DNA from: Ruminococcus sp.
GTDB taxonomy: Bacteria; Bacillota; Clostridia; Oscillospirales; Ruminococcaceae
DNA length: 64,000 nt
Assembly (NCBI GenBank): GCA_017934425.1
Contig: JAGBJO010000029.1
Coordinates: 10,050-74,049 of the forward strand
Reading direction: 5' to 3'
In this document: positions 10,601 to 20,584 of the stretch, in pieces
How the letters are laid out: every line of letters begins with the position of its first letter
Position numbering within the stretch: position 1 is the first letter of the stretch
Notes under the pieces: model-generated
What the model saw: the letters and a program-made list of their open reading frames with translations, nothing else
The model's database searches: none
Told to the model about the DNA's origin: nothing
Translations under genes and position numbers: made by a program

Positions 10601-11590
10601 CTGCCTGAGGAGGATATGCCTTTCCTCCCCGACGGTACTCCTCTGGACATCGTTCTTAACCCTCTGGGCGTTCCTTCACGTATGAATATCGGTCAGGTTC
10701 TCGAAGTTCACCTGGGTATGGCTGCTAAGGCTCTGGGCTGGACTATCATGACCCCTGTATTCGACGGCGCACACGAGGACGATATCCGTGAATGCTTCAG
10801 ACAGGCTAACGCTCACAGCCTGGAGCATAGAAATGATACATTCGAGCTTAAAGCTATGGATAAGGTCATCAACCCCAATGCCCTCGAATTCACCGAGGAC
10901 TGTAAGTTCACTCTCTACGACGGACGTACAGGCGAGAAGTTCGACAACCGTGTAACCGTGGGCTATATGTACTACCTCAAGCTCCACCACCTGGTTGACG
11001 ATAAGATCCACGCTCGTTCCGTTGGTCCTTACGCTCTCGTTACTCAGCAGCCTCTGGGTGGTAAAGCCCAGTTCGGCGGTCAGCGTTTCGGTGAGATGGA
11101 AGTTTGGGCTCTGGAGGCTTACGGTGCTGCTTACACCCTCCAGGAGATCCTTACGGTAAAATCCGATGATACTATCGGCCGTGTAAATACCTACGAGGCT
11201 ATTGTCAAGGGTCAGAACGTTCCTACTCCTGGTATCCCTGAGTCATTCAAGGTTCTTATCAAGGAAATGCAGGCTCTGTGTCTGGACGTTAAGGTTCTCG
11301 ACATCAACCAGCATGAGATCGACCTCAAGCAGAACTTCGACGACGAACCTATCATGTCAAGAGATAATTTCGATGACGAAAACATCGACATGAACGCTCC
11401 CGATGATGAGGAACTTGACGGCTTCTCCAAGGGTGACAGTGACTCCGATAATATCAATGCCGGTCTTGAAAGTGATGATGACGATTCCTATTACGGCGAC
11501 TCATCTGAGGACGATGACTTCGACGATTTCAATGATTTCGACGATGAAAGCGATTCTCTTACATTCGATGTTGACCCTTTTGATGAATAA
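7688..11590 (+). CDS. rpoB: RNA polymerase beta subunit
   Basis: [34 protein letters not shown] and GGQRFGEME motifs. True start is ATG 7688 after SD AAGGAGGT; the ORF-track start is too early. Confidence 0.99.
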   Translation: MVNATPKQLGKNVRMSFGKITEPLEMSNLIEVQINSFKWFREEGLKEVFRDMTEITDYNGNLALRFLDYRFDTTPKYTIAECKSRGATYQVAMHAKVMLCNKETTEANECEIYMGEFPLMTDSGTFVINGAERVIVSQLVRSPGVYYASEKDKNGKDLFATTVIPNRGAWLEYEMDSNDVVYVRIDKNRKIPITTFIRALGVGSDEEIFEMFGDDERLRQTILQKDQTKNNSDALMDVYKKLRPGEPPTVEAALAHLNNLFFDAKRYDLCRFGRYKYNKKLGIASRLAGHVLAEPIINPLTGEIMAEEGDLITYDKACEIEQAGVYYAFVTVEAKEYRVNENGETYIEMVEKVVKIIGNGMVDISEYVGFDAQQYGINEKVSFKVLRDILENSADEDEIEDNVRKRADELVPKHIILDDIYATISYFLNLCEGVGTVDDIDHLGNRRIRSVGELLQNQFRIGYARMERSIRERMNIQSQDVKNLTAQSLINIRPISSAMKEFFCSSPLSQFMDQNNPLAELTHKRRLSALGPGGLSRDRAGFEVRDVHYSHYGRMCPIETPEGPNIGLISYLATFARINEYGFIEAPYRRVDKETGVVTGEVVYMTADVEDNYVVAQANEPLTEDNKLARPRVNARCRDQILEIEREKVDYMDVSPKMVVSVATSMIPFLENDDANRALMGSNMQRQAVPLLKTERPFVGTGMEYKAAVDSGVCIVADCDGKVSYVDADKIHVIDTDGVEHKYELIKFKRSNQGTCVNQRPIVSTGEEIKKGQVLADGPATADGEISLGKNALIGFMTWEGYNYEDAVLLNERLVREDVFTSVHIEEYEIECRDTKLGPEEITRDIPNVGDDALANLDDKGIIRIGSEVSSGDILVGKVTPKGETELTAEERLLRAIFGEKAREVRDNSLKVPHGAAGVIVDVKVFTRDNCAELGAGVNMRVICYIAQKRKITVGDKMAGRHGNKGVVSRILPEEDMPFLPDGTPLDIVLNPLGVPSRMNIGQVLEVHLGMAAKALGWTIMTPVFDGAHEDDIRECFRQANAHSLEHRNDTFELKAMDKVINPNALEFTEDCKFTLYDGRTGEKFDNRVTVGYMYYLKLHHLVDDKIHARSVGPYALVTQQPLGGKAQFGGQRFGEMEVWALEAYGAAYTLQEILTVKSDDTIGRVNTYEAIVKGQNVPTPGIPESFKVLIKEMQALCLDVKVLDINQHEIDLKQNFDDEPIMSRDNFDDENIDMNAPDDEELDGFSKGDSDSDNINAGLESDDDDSYYGDSSEDDDFDDFNDFDDESDSLTFDVDPFDE

Positions 11591-11661
11591 TAAGTAAATT
11601 GTGCGGGGACTTCCATGCAAGTCCCCTCGCTCCAAAGCATTAACTGGCAGGAGGTAGCAAT

Positions 11662-14600
11662 TTGGAATTTAATACTTTTGAATCAATTAAGATCGGTCTT
11701 GCCTCACCTGAGCAGATCAGAAGCTGGTCTCACGGTATCGTTCAGAGACCGGAGACAATCAACTACAGAACTCAGAAGCCTGAAAGAGACGGTCTTTTCT
11801 GCGAAAGGATCTTTGGACCTACCAAGGACTGGGAATGCCACTGTGGTAAGTTCAAGAAGATTCGCTTCAAGGGCAAGGTCTGCGACCGCTGCGGCGTTGA
11901 GGTAACAAGAGCAAGAGTACGCCGTGAGAGAATGGGCAGCATCGAACTGGCTGCACCTGTATCTCATATCTGGTACTTCAAAGGCACTCCCTCACGTATC
12001 GGTCAGGTCCTGGAAATTTCCCAGAAGCGCCTGGAGGAAGTCCTCTACTTCACTAAATATATCGTAACAGATCCCGGCAGCACCGAACTGGAAAAGAAGC
12101 AGATGCTGTCCGAGAAGGAATACCTCACATACCTGGAAAAGTACGGCGACGACTTTACCGCTGAAATGGGTGCTGAGGCTATAAAGAAGCTCCTTAACGA
12201 GTATGACCCCGAAAGATACGATGCCCAGAAGACTGAGCTTCTCAGAATGGGTAAGGTATCTATCCCCGCCGGCAGAGTTTCCTGCCGTAATAACCCCCTC
12301 ACCTGCGGCTGTGAGGAGTGCCAGAAGTTCGCTGAGCTTACTGACATAGAGTGGAAGAATAACCTTGAACTGGTGGCTGACAAGCTCAAGAACGAGCTGG
12401 AAGGTCTGCCCTCCGGTCAGAAGAAGGTAAAGATACTCAAGCGTCTTCAGATCATCGAGGCTTTCCGTCTTTCCGGCAATAAGCCTGAGTGGATGATACT
12501 CGACGTTATCCCTGTTATCCCTCCGGATATCAGACCTATGATTATGCTGGACGGCGGCAGATACGCAACTTCCGACCTGAATGACCTTTACAGACGTGTT
12601 ATCAACAGAAATAACCGCTTAAAGAGAATGTTGGAACTGGACGCTCCTGACATCATCGTCAGAAACGAAAAGCGTATGCTCCAGGAAGCTGTTGATGCAC
12701 TTATCGACAACGGCAGACACGGCAGACCTGTTACAGGTCCCAGCAACCGTGCCCTGAAGTCACTGTCCGATATGCTTAAAGGTAAGCAGGGACGTTTCCG
12801 TCAGAACCTCCTCGGTAAGCGTGTTGACTACTCAGGACGTTCCGTTATCGTCGTTGGCCCTGAGCTGAAGATGTACCAGTGCGGTCTTCCTAAGGAAATG
12901 GCTCTGGAACTCTTTAAGCCCTTCGTCCTCAAGAGACTGGTGGACAAGAAGGCTATCGCTAATATCAAATCCGCAAGAAAACTTATCGACCGTGCCGACA
13001 ATAAGGTTTGGGACGCTCTGGAGGACGTTATCAAGGATCACCCCGTAATGCTCAACCGTGCGCCTACGCTCCACCGTCTGGGTATCCAGGCATTCGAGCG
13101 TATCCTGGTTGAAGGCCGTGCTATCAAGCTTCACCCCCTCGTATGCTCTGCGTTCAACGCTGACTTTGACGGTGACCAGATGGCTGTACACCTCCCCCTG
13201 TCCGCTGAGGCTCAGGCTGAGGCAAGATTCCTTATGCTGGCTGCTAATAACCTGCTCAAGCCCTCAGACGGTAAGCCTGTTGCCGTTCCTTCACAGGATA
13301 TGGTACTCGGTTCTTACTACCTGACTATGGCTAAGCCCGGTGAACCCGGCGAAGGCAAGGTATTCCGTGACGTTAATGAGGCTCTCATGGCTTACTATGA
13401 GCATGACGTTTCACTCCACGCTAATATCAAGGTAAGAATTACCAAGGATATCGGCGATAAGAAGGTTTCCAAGATCATCGACGCTACAGTGGGAAGACTT
13501 ATCTTCAACGATAATATCCCCCAGAATCTGGGCTACGTTGACAGAACTAACTCCGATAAGCAGTTCGACCTGGAAGTTGCATTCCTGGTCGGCAAGAAGC
13601 AGCTTTCTGATATCATCGAGAGATGTATCAAGATCCACGGTACTACCACCACTTCTGAGGTACTCGACCGCATCAAGGCTCTGGGCTATAAGTTCTCCAC
13701 AAGAGCTGCCCTGACCGTTGCTGTATGCGACGCTTCTATTCCTCCCCAGAAGAAGGAGATCCTTGCTAAGGCTGACGAGAACGTTATCAAGATCACTGAG
13801 CAGTTCAACTACGGTTATATCTCCGCTGGTGAGAAGTCCAAGAAGATCATCGACCTGTGGACTAAGACCAATGACGCTGTTACAGACGCTCTGAAGGCTA
13901 ACTTCGACCGCTACAATCCTATCTGGATGATGGCTGACTCCGGTGCCCGTGGTTCAATTTCACAGATCCGTCAGCTTGCCGGAATGCGTGGACTTATCGC
14001 TAATACTTCCGGTGCCGTTATCGAGATCCCTATCCGTGCTAACTACCGTGAAGGTCTTAACATCCTGGAGTACTTCATCGCTTCACGAGGCGCTCGTAAG
14101 GGTCTGGCTGATACTGCGCTGCGTACCGCTGACTCAGGTTACCTGACAAGACGACTTGTTGACGTTTCTCAGGACGTTATTATCCGTGAGGAAGACTGCG
14201 GCACTACCGAGGGTATCGAGGTTTACGAGATCACCAACGGCAAGGAGATCGTTGAGCCCTTCGAGGAGAGACTTGTAGGCAGATTCCTGGCTGAAGACCT
14301 CCGTGACGAGTCCGGCGAACTCATCGTTTCCAGAAATAAACTCATCACCGACGCTGATGCTAAGAAGATCGTAGAGTCCGGCGTTGAGAGAATAAAGATA
14401 CGCTCCGTACTCACCTGTAAGGCTAAGAACGGCGTATGCGCTAAGTGCTATGGTGCTAACCTGGCATTCAATAACATCGTATCAGTGGGCGAAGCTGTCG
14501 GCGTTATCGCTGCTCAGTCTATCGGTGAGCCTGGTACACAGCTTACAATGAGAACCTTCCATACCGGCGGCGTTGCTTCTGCCGATGCGGAAGATATCAC

Positions 14601-15396
14601 ACAGGGTCTTCCCCGTGTTGAGGAACTTTTCGAGAGCAGACGACCCAAGGGTGCTGCTATCCTTACAAGAGTTTCCGGTATGGTTCGTATCGAGGAAGTT
14701 AAGACTACTCATACTATCCATATCCTCAATCCCGATAATCCCGGCGAAGAACTCGACGCTTACCAGATCCCCTACAATCTCAAGATCCGTCAGGAGATCA
14801 AGGACGGCGTAGTTATCGAAAAGGGTACACGTCTTACCGAAGGTAACATCTACCCTGCTGATATCCTTAATATCCTGGGCGCTCAGGCTGTACGTAACTA
14901 CATCATCAACGAAGTACAGAAGGTTTACCGTCTCCAGGGTGTTGATATCAACGATAAGCACATCGAGGTAATCGTTCGCCAGATGCTTAGAAAGATCAAG
15001 GTCGAGGAGACCGGCAGCAGCTATCTGCTTCCCGGAACTCTGGTTGACCGCAAGGAGATCGATGCTGTTAACGAGGAGATCCAGGAGAGGATCGACCGTG
15101 GCGAGGTCGGACTCCAGCTTGTTCAGACCAGCCCTGTCCTCCAGGGTATCACAAAGGCTTCCGCTAACTCCGACAGCTTCCTGTCTGCCGCTTCCTTCCA
15201 GGAAACAACAAAGGCACTCACCGATGCTGCTATCCGTGGTAAGAGTGATAAGCTGCTGGGTCTGAAGGAGAACGTTATTATCGGTAAGCTTATCCCTGCT
15301 GGTACTGGTATGGAATGCTACAATAACGTTACTATTATCAAGACAGAAACTCCTGCTGAGCATCCTACTGTACCCCTTACAAATTCTATCGCATAA
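11662..15396 (+). CDS. rpoC: RNA polymerase beta-prime subunit
   Basis: NADFDGD catalytic motif, both Zn sites, TTG start after GGAGGT. Confidence 0.99.
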   Translation: MEFNTFESIKIGLASPEQIRSWSHGIVQRPETINYRTQKPERDGLFCERIFGPTKDWECHCGKFKKIRFKGKVCDRCGVEVTRARVRRERMGSIELAAPVSHIWYFKGTPSRIGQVLEISQKRLEEVLYFTKYIVTDPGSTELEKKQMLSEKEYLTYLEKYGDDFTAEMGAEAIKKLLNEYDPERYDAQKTELLRMGKVSIPAGRVSCRNNPLTCGCEECQKFAELTDIEWKNNLELVADKLKNELEGLPSGQKKVKILKRLQIIEAFRLSGNKPEWMILDVIPVIPPDIRPMIMLDGGRYATSDLNDLYRRVINRNNRLKRMLELDAPDIIVRNEKRMLQEAVDALIDNGRHGRPVTGPSNRALKSLSDMLKGKQGRFRQNLLGKRVDYSGRSVIVVGPELKMYQCGLPKEMALELFKPFVLKRLVDKKAIANIKSARKLIDRADNKVWDALEDVIKDHPVMLNRAPTLHRLGIQAFERILVEGRAIKLHPLVCSAFNADFDGDQMAVHLPLSAEAQAEARFLMLAANNLLKPSDGKPVAVPSQDMVLGSYYLTMAKPGEPGEGKVFRDVNEALMAYYEHDVSLHANIKVRITKDIGDKKVSKIIDATVGRLIFNDNIPQNLGYVDRTNSDKQFDLEVAFLVGKKQLSDIIERCIKIHGTTTTSEVLDRIKALGYKFSTRAALTVAVCDASIPPQKKEILAKADENVIKITEQFNYGYISAGEKSKKIIDLWTKTNDAVTDALKANFDRYNPIWMMADSGARGSISQIRQLAGMRGLIANTSGAVIEIPIRANYREGLNILEYFIASRGARKGLADTALRTADSGYLTRRLVDVSQDVIIREEDCGTTEGIEVYEITNGKEIVEPFEERLVGRFLAEDLRDESGELIVSRNKLITDADAKKIVESGVERIKIRSVLTCKAKNGVCAKCYGANLAFNNIVSVGEAVGVIAAQSIGEPGTQLTMRTFHTGGVASADAEDITQGLPRVEELFESRRPKGAAILTRVSGMVRIEEVKTTHTIHILNPDNPGEELDAYQIPYNLKIRQEIKDGVVIEKGTRLTEGNIYPADILNILGAQAVRNYIINEVQKVYRLQGVDINDKHIEVIVRQMLRKIKVEETGSSYLLPGTLVDRKEIDAVNEEIQERIDRGEVGLQLVQTSPVLQGITKASANSDSFLSAASFQETTKALTDAAIRGKSDKLLGLKENVIIGKLIPAGTGMECYNNVTIIKTETPAEHPTVPLTNSIA

Positions 15397-15404
15397 GTTA
15401 TTTC

Positions 15405-15437
15405 ACGGGACACTTCCTTTAGTGTCCCGTGTTTTTT
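15405..15437 (+). terminator. intrinsic terminator of rpoBC
   Basis: CACGGGACACT...AGTGTCCCGTG TTTTTT. Confidence 0.85.
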
Positions 15438-15499
15438 GGTATTATGCATATAATACAAGCAGACAAGTTGTGCATTATGCCGAAGTTACAGGTGTGTAC

Positions 15500-15537
15500 T
15501 TGACAAATTTGCATTTGTGATGTACAATTTAATTGAA
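15500..15537 (+). promoter_or_regulatory. sigmaA promoter with overlapping OhrR-type operator
   Basis: TTGACA-N17-TACAAT; TACAATTTAATTGAA (15523-15537) differs by 1 nt from the B. subtilis OhrR box TACAATT-N-AATTGTA. Confidence 0.7.
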
Positions 15538-15598
15538 CTCAATCATATTGAGTATCATTCACCATAATTCACCTGCGTATATTTAAAGGAGGATCACT

Positions 15599-15856
15599 AT
15601 GGATTATACTTTCAAGACTAATATGGTTTGCGCTCAGGAGATCAGCTTCCACATCGAGGGCGACGTTATCACTAATATCTCTTTCCTCGGCGGCTGCAAC
15701 GGCAACCTCAAGGCTATATCCAAACTCGTTGACGGCTGGACTGTTTCCCAGATTGAGGACAAGCTCAAGGGCAATACCTGCGGCAGAAGACCTACTTCCT
15801 GCGCTGACCAGCTTTGCCTGGCTGTAAGAGAAGCTTATGAGGCTCAGAACGCATGA
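15599..15856 (+). CDS. TIGR03905 family TSCPD-domain small 4-Cys protein
   Basis: VC...GGCNGN...CGRRPTSCADQL signature; SD AAGGAGG. Confidence 0.9.
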   Translation: MDYTFKTNMVCAQEISFHIEGDVITNISFLGGCNGNLKAISKLVDGWTVSQIEDKLKGNTCGRRPTSCADQLCLAVREAYEAQNA

Positions 15857-16281
15857 GTGAAGCTTTTGACCCCCTGAAACTGGAGAACCAGCTCTGCTTC
15901 CCACTCTATGCCTGTGCAAGGGAAATTATCAAGAAATACCGCCCTTTCCTGGATAAACTCGACCTGACGTACACCCAGTACATCGTTATGCTGGTTCTCT
16001 GGGATAAAAAGGAAGTGGCTGTAAGGGAACTGTGCAAACTGCTTTACCTGGATTCCGGCACACTTACACCGGTACTAAAAAATATGGAGAGCAAGGAGCT
16101 TATCGTCCGCCAGCGCAGCCAGGAGGACGAGCGTGTACTCATCGTCAAAATCACGCAGAAAGGCGCTGACCTCCGTGACCAGGCGGTTTGCATCCCTGGC
16201 GAGATAGGCGGCTGCGTTAAGCTTGAACCGGAAGAAGCAGCGTTCCTCTACAAGATACTTTACAAGATATTGGAGCAGTAA
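15853..16281 (+). CDS. MarR family regulator, OhrR-like
   Basis: QLCFPLY sensing-Cys motif, LTYTQY, LDSGTLTP, RSQEDER, plus a second C-terminal Cys. Confidence 0.9.
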   Translation: MSEAFDPLKLENQLCFPLYACAREIIKKYRPFLDKLDLTYTQYIVMLVLWDKKEVAVRELCKLLYLDSGTLTPVLKNMESKELIVRQRSQEDERVLIVKITQKGADLRDQAVCIPGEIGGCVKLEPEEAAFLYKILYKILEQ

Positions 16282-16282
16282 T

Positions 16283-17242
16283 ATGACAAAAATCGACCTT
16301 ATTACCGGAATTCTCGGTTCAGGTAAGACTACTTTCCTCCGGCACTACGCCAAGCACCTGCTCAGTCAGGGCAAGCGCATTGCCATTCTCGAAAACGACT
16401 TCGGCGCTGTTAACGTGGACATGATGATGCTCCGTGACTTGCAGGGCGATAACTGCCAGCTTGCCATGATTACCGGCGGCGGCGACCCTGACTGTCACAA
16501 GCGCCGTTTCCGCACTCAGCTTATAACTCTGGGTATGCAGGGATTCGACAGGGTCATCGTCGAACCCTCCGGCATATACGACATGGACGAGTTCTTCGAT
16601 ACACTCCATGAATCCCCAATAGACAGGTGGTTTGAGGCTGGCACGGTGCTGACCATTATCGACAGCGGCATGAAAGACCTCTCGGAGCAAATGGACTACC
16701 TGCTGGCTTCTGAGGCTGCCTGCTGCGGAAAACTGGTTGTCAGCAAGATCAAGGAGTACCCACCGGATACAGATTCACTCCTTGCACGGATAAACTGCGC
16801 TTTGGAGAATATCAGCTGTACACGGCGGTTCACGGAAAAGGATATGTTCATCAAGGACTGGGAGGAACTCTCCCCTGCCGACATGGACTCACTCCTGAAC
16901 GCCGGATACCGCACTTCCGCTTACGTTAAGCGGTTTGCGCCGGATATGATGAGCAGCAGCGTCCACTACTTCATGCACCTGGATATACCGGAGGATATGA
17001 TAGATAAGACTATCAGTTCTATCCTCTCCGACAAGGAATGTGGTAAGATTTTCCGCATCAAAGGCGCTCTCCCCACTTCAAATGGTATCCTGAAAATCAA
17101 TGCGACCCCGGAGAAAACCGAAGTCTCGCCGGTAAATTCCGGTCAGGCATTGCTTATCGTCATCGGTGACGACCTGTGCTGTGAAAAGATAAGCAGCCAC
17201 CTGCAAAAGGTAAACAATGACCCTAAGTATGTATGCATATAA
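16283..17242 (+). CDS. CobW/COG0523-like G3E GTPase (atypical metal motif)
   Basis: GILGSGKTT, ENDFG, EPSG, SK motif and C-terminal RIKG; start moved to ATG 16283. Confidence 0.85.
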   Translation: MTKIDLITGILGSGKTTFLRHYAKHLLSQGKRIAILENDFGAVNVDMMMLRDLQGDNCQLAMITGGGDPDCHKRRFRTQLITLGMQGFDRVIVEPSGIYDMDEFFDTLHESPIDRWFEAGTVLTIIDSGMKDLSEQMDYLLASEAACCGKLVVSKIKEYPPDTDSLLARINCALENISCTRRFTEKDMFIKDWEELSPADMDSLLNAGYRTSAYVKRFAPDMMSSSVHYFMHLDIPEDMIDKTISSILSDKECGKIFRIKGALPTSNGILKINATPEKTEVSPVNSGQALLIVIGDDLCCEKISSHLQKVNNDPKYVCI

Positions 17243-17243
17243 A

Positions 17244-17289
17244 AACAATGCCCCTGAGTGCTATATGTTGCACCCAGGGGCGTTTTGTT
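17244..17289. terminator. bidirectional terminator
   Basis: AACAATGCCCCTG...CAGGGGCGTTTTGTT between convergent genes. Confidence 0.7.
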
Positions 17290-17307
17290 GATAATAAACA
17301 GATACTT

Positions 17308-18645
17308 TTACTGATCCTCTGTAGCTGTGTTCTTCTTGAAGCGTGACTTCTGTCCGAAGTTCAGCGACATTGTAAGTATCTTGTCTGACTTGAACAGCCT
17401 TACTGCAAAGAACATACATACCGCAAATACGATTATCTGGTAGATAAGTCCGCCTACAAATATTGTAGTATGACCGAACATCAGGTTGCTGATTCCGGAG
17501 AATGTGTGTGTGAAAGGTATCGCATAAACGATGATCTTTGCTGCTATAGGCAGGGAGTTCACATCAGCGAACAGCGAAATGAAGTAGGGTACCATTGCCA
17601 TCATCATCAACGGCATGATTACCATCTGTGAGGACTTTGTGTCGTTTACCAGTGAACCAAGCATAATGGACACTGACAGACAGATCATGATAGTGAAGAA
17701 AAGCTGCAATCCAACAAGCAGGTAGTCTGACATACTGAGTGTAAGACCAAGCTGCTTCATTGCGTCGCCGGAACTGGTGATTCCCTCCAGTGCAATGGAT
17801 TCTGTACCCATGTTCACGCTCATACTATCGCCCATATTCTTCATCATTGAGCTGAATCCCACCATGTAGAACACTGCATTGAGCAGGGCGATTATAGCCG
17901 CTGCAAGCATTTTTGCGCCCAGGATAGAGGTTCTGGAAACAGGTGCGGAAAGGAGAGTTTCAAGGGTCTTGTCGATCTTCTCGTTTGAGATAGCGTTTAT
18001 GAGCATCTGTGAGGTGAACACGATGAGTATGAAAACAATGATAGGCAGTATCTCGCTCTGCATCATAAGGCTTGACATTACAGATGTAGCCTGAACATTT
18101 GCTGATTTTCCGTGGACTACGGTATTATCTTTTACAGTGAATGGGTCGTCTATCTGCTGTATCTGATCTACGCTAAGACCAGCGTCCCGTGCAACAACAT
18201 TTGATACGCAGCTTTTGATAAAGCTTATTGTTACAGAGTTGTCTGAGGAGATATTCGACATCATTGCCGCAGATTCCAGACGAGTAACGCTGATTATTTC
18301 CGGTTTATTGCCGGCTTTCAGGTCAGCCTCGAAGCCCTCCGGGATAATTACCAGTGAATTGGTATCATTTGTGTCAAGGATAGCCGGGTAGTCATCGCCC
18401 TCTGAGGTAACGTTCTTTATCTCAGCGCCGGATTCCTCCATAGCCTTGATGATACTCTTTGACATTTCAGAGCCGTCACGGTCGCAGAGTGTGATATTAT
18501 AGCTGTTCTTCGTGGCTTCCTCGATGGTGCTGGACATGATATTGCCCATCATCATGAATATGAACATCATCACCACAAGGCTTACGAGCATCTGAGCGTT
18601 GATAAGTTCACGGAGTTCCTTCTGGAGAAGATTAAAGAACTTCAT
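17308..18645 (-). CDS. ABC-2 type exporter permease (NatB-like)
   Basis: KELREL N-terminus, large extracellular loop, EKIDKTLETLLSAPVSR motif, 6 TM. Confidence 0.9.
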   Translation of the reverse strand: MKFFNLLQKELRELINAQMLVSLVVMMFIFMMMGNIMSSTIEEATKNSYNITLCDRDGSEMSKSIIKAMEESGAEIKNVTSEGDDYPAILDTNDTNSLVIIPEGFEADLKAGNKPEIISVTRLESAAMMSNISSDNSVTISFIKSCVSNVVARDAGLSVDQIQQIDDPFTVKDNTVVHGKSANVQATSVMSSLMMQSEILPIIVFILIVFTSQMLINAISNEKIDKTLETLLSAPVSRTSILGAKMLAAAIIALLNAVFYMVGFSSMMKNMGDSMSVNMGTESIALEGITSSGDAMKQLGLTLSMSDYLLVGLQLFFTIMICLSVSIMLGSLVNDTKSSQMVIMPLMMMAMVPYFISLFADVNSLPIAAKIIVYAIPFTHTFSGISNLMFGHTTIFVGGLIYQIIVFAVCMFFAVRLFKSDKILTMSLNFGQKSRFKKNTATEDQ

Positions 18646-19372
18646 TATTCTTCACCACCCTTTCAAATACCTCCTCAAGGTTTTCGGCGTTATAGCGCTG
18701 TTTCAGTTCGGCAGCCTCTCCGGTAACGAGGAGGTGACCTTTGGCAATAATTCCCACACGGTCTGAGATGAACTCTATTTCCAGCATATTATGTGAGGAA
18801 ATAAGGAAGCTCATACCCTCGTTTGCGGCAAGTTCCTTGATAGTCTTGCGTATTTCCAGAGCGTTGAGAACGTCCAGACCGCTGGTAGGCTCATCGAGAA
18901 TGGCAAGTGTCGGCTTTGTCATTACCGCACGGGAAAGCAGCAGCTTTCTTATCATACCACGGCTGTAAGTACCTATCTTTTCCTTTAGCCTGTCGCCCAG
19001 CTTATTTATAGAAGCGGCACGCTCGACGTACTCGTTTATCTTATTCGGGTCACTTGTGAAAAGCCCAGCCATAAAACGGAGATACGCATTTCCGGTCATT
19101 GTCTTGTAAGCGCCTGCCTCATCAGGGAGGTACGTGATACATTCCCTGACCTTTTCAGGCTCTTTGACAACGCTGTGACCAGCAACTATCGCATCACCGT
19201 CAGTAGGTGTCAGCAAAGTTGAGATCATACGGATCGTAGTTGTCTTGCCGGCACCGTTAGGCCCGATAAGAGCGAATATCTCGCCCTTGCCAATCTCGAA
19301 TGAGACTTTATCGGCGGCAAGAACTTTTGTGTACTGCTTAGAAAGTGCCTTAACTTCAAGAACATTTTCCAT
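18632..19372 (-). CDS. ABC exporter ATP-binding protein (NatA-like)
   Basis: GPNGAGKTT, YSRGM signature, ILDEPTSGLD, H-loop. Confidence 0.95.
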   Translation of the reverse strand: MENVLEVKALSKQYTKVLAADKVSFEIGKGEIFALIGPNGAGKTTTIRMISTLLTPTDGDAIVAGHSVVKEPEKVRECITYLPDEAGAYKTMTGNAYLRFMAGLFTSDPNKINEYVERAASINKLGDRLKEKIGTYSRGMIRKLLLSRAVMTKPTLAILDEPTSGLDVLNALEIRKTIKELAANEGMSFLISSHNMLEIEFISDRVGIIAKGHLLVTGEAAELKQRYNAENLEEVFERVVKNNEVL

Positions 19373-19479
19373 AAGTCACACTCCTTTCGTAAAAGAAAAA
19401 ACATTTTTGAGTAAATGCTATACTAAATGATAGCACAGTATATCAATTTTGTCAAGGCAATTATTGCCAACTTATACCT

Positions 19480-19686
19480 TTAAAAAAAGAATATATCCTC
19501 GAACTTCTTGTCCAGTGCGATACAGAGTATCAGCGCCAGCTTTGCTGTGGGCTGATACTGCCCTGTCTCGATAGAACTGATAGTATTCCTTGAAACGCCC
19601 ACCATTTCCGCAAGCTGTGCCTGGGATATCTTCTTCTCGCTGCGTATTTGTTTCAGGTTATTGCGAAGTATCAGTTTATCGTCCAT
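19480..19686 (-). CDS. XRE/Cro HTH transcriptional regulator
   Basis: SQAQLAEMVGVSRNTISSIETG. Confidence 0.93.
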   Translation of the reverse strand: MDDKLILRNNLKQIRSEKKISQAQLAEMVGVSRNTISSIETGQYQPTAKLALILCIALDKKFEDIFFF

Positions 19687-19699
19687 ATTCCACCTCTTA

Positions 19700-20035
19700 T
19701 TATAATCGGTTCTGAATGATGTGGCTGACAGCGCTTACTCCGGACGCTATTGCCAGAACAAGCCATAAGATACCGCAGAATATATTCATCTTGTTCTTCA
19801 GTTTAATTCCTCTGTACATATATATTACTGCGTCCATTGTGCATAATACTGACCAGAGAGAATAGTTCTCGTTGCCGGTGATTATCATTTCCATTAAATA
19901 GAGTATACCAGCGATTATTGCGGAAACTATCAGTGCTACATTTGAGCTTTTTGATGCTACCTCAAGCTCATAGGGGTCTTTGCGCTTGTCCTTGTTTTCC
20001 TCACGGCTCATTGCTAAAATTTCGTCCTTATTCAT
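19700..20035 (-). CDS. small 3-TM membrane protein (DUF6442-like)
   Basis: MNKDEILAMSREENK N-terminus typical of the partner of such XRE genes; start ATG 20035 after AAGGAGG. Confidence 0.75.
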   Translation of the reverse strand: MNKDEILAMSREENKDKRKDPYELEVASKSSNVALIVSAIIAGILYLMEMIITGNENYSLWSVLCTMDAVIYMYRGIKLKNKMNIFCGILWLVLAIASGVSAVSHIIQNRL

Positions 20036-20050
20036 AGTTAAATCCTCCTT

Positions 20051-20134
20051 TGCCAAGTTCGCTTGGCGTATATCATGTACATAGTATACCACTGCCAAGT
20101 TCACTTGTCAAGTGCTTGCAAAGCAAACTTGTCA
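20051..20134 (-). promoter_or_regulatory. promoter with three 18-bp palindromic operators
   Basis: TTGACA(20111-20106)-N17-TATACT(20088-20083); TGCCAAGTTCGCTTGGCG, TGCCAAGTTCACTTGTCA, TGCAAAGCAAACTTGTCA. Confidence 0.75.
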
Positions 20135-20276
20135 TATTCGTATATATGCACAAATCCGCTTTCATAATCAGCAAATTCACAGGCAAAACTACTATATATT
20201 TCCGTAATATATTTTTACCAGTTAACAGCCATATTGTTTTTTTATCGCCCGTATTTCAAAAATACCCATGTTTTTC

Positions 20277-20305
20277 TTGACAATGGTGATGAAATTTGTT
20301 ATACT
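20277..20305 (+). promoter_or_regulatory. sigmaA promoter of the glycan-uptake operon
   Basis: TTGACA-N17-TATACT with extended TG. Confidence 0.7.
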
Positions 20306-20311
20306 TATTAG

Positions 20312-20562
20312 GAAGGATTTGCAGCGTTTATTGCTGCATTTGAACGTCCGGCATAGGCAGCCGAAGTTCGGAACAACTAAATACACCGATGCTGACGGCT
20401 TCTCTCTCCGGCGTTGAAAGAAGTCTTTTTCAGACCTGACACCTTTGCAGAACCCCCTCTCAATCTCTGCATACCTGTGTAAGGTCTGTTTTCCGGGCAT
20501 CTGCGTCTTACCCTCTCAGGAATTCCTGGCAGGTTTTTTCGTGATACCCTCATTTCACGCTT
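20312..20562 (+). ncRNA. putative structured 5' leader or sRNA
   Basis: About 270 nt between promoter and start, with at least 5 predicted helices and internal U-tracts; no family recognised. Confidence 0.4.
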
Positions 20563-20584
20563 TTGCGGGAAAGGTGGAGAATAA

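Noticed and set aside
12208-12363. Intein in rpoC
   Set aside because: Too short, with no N-terminal C/S or C-terminal HN splice motifs.
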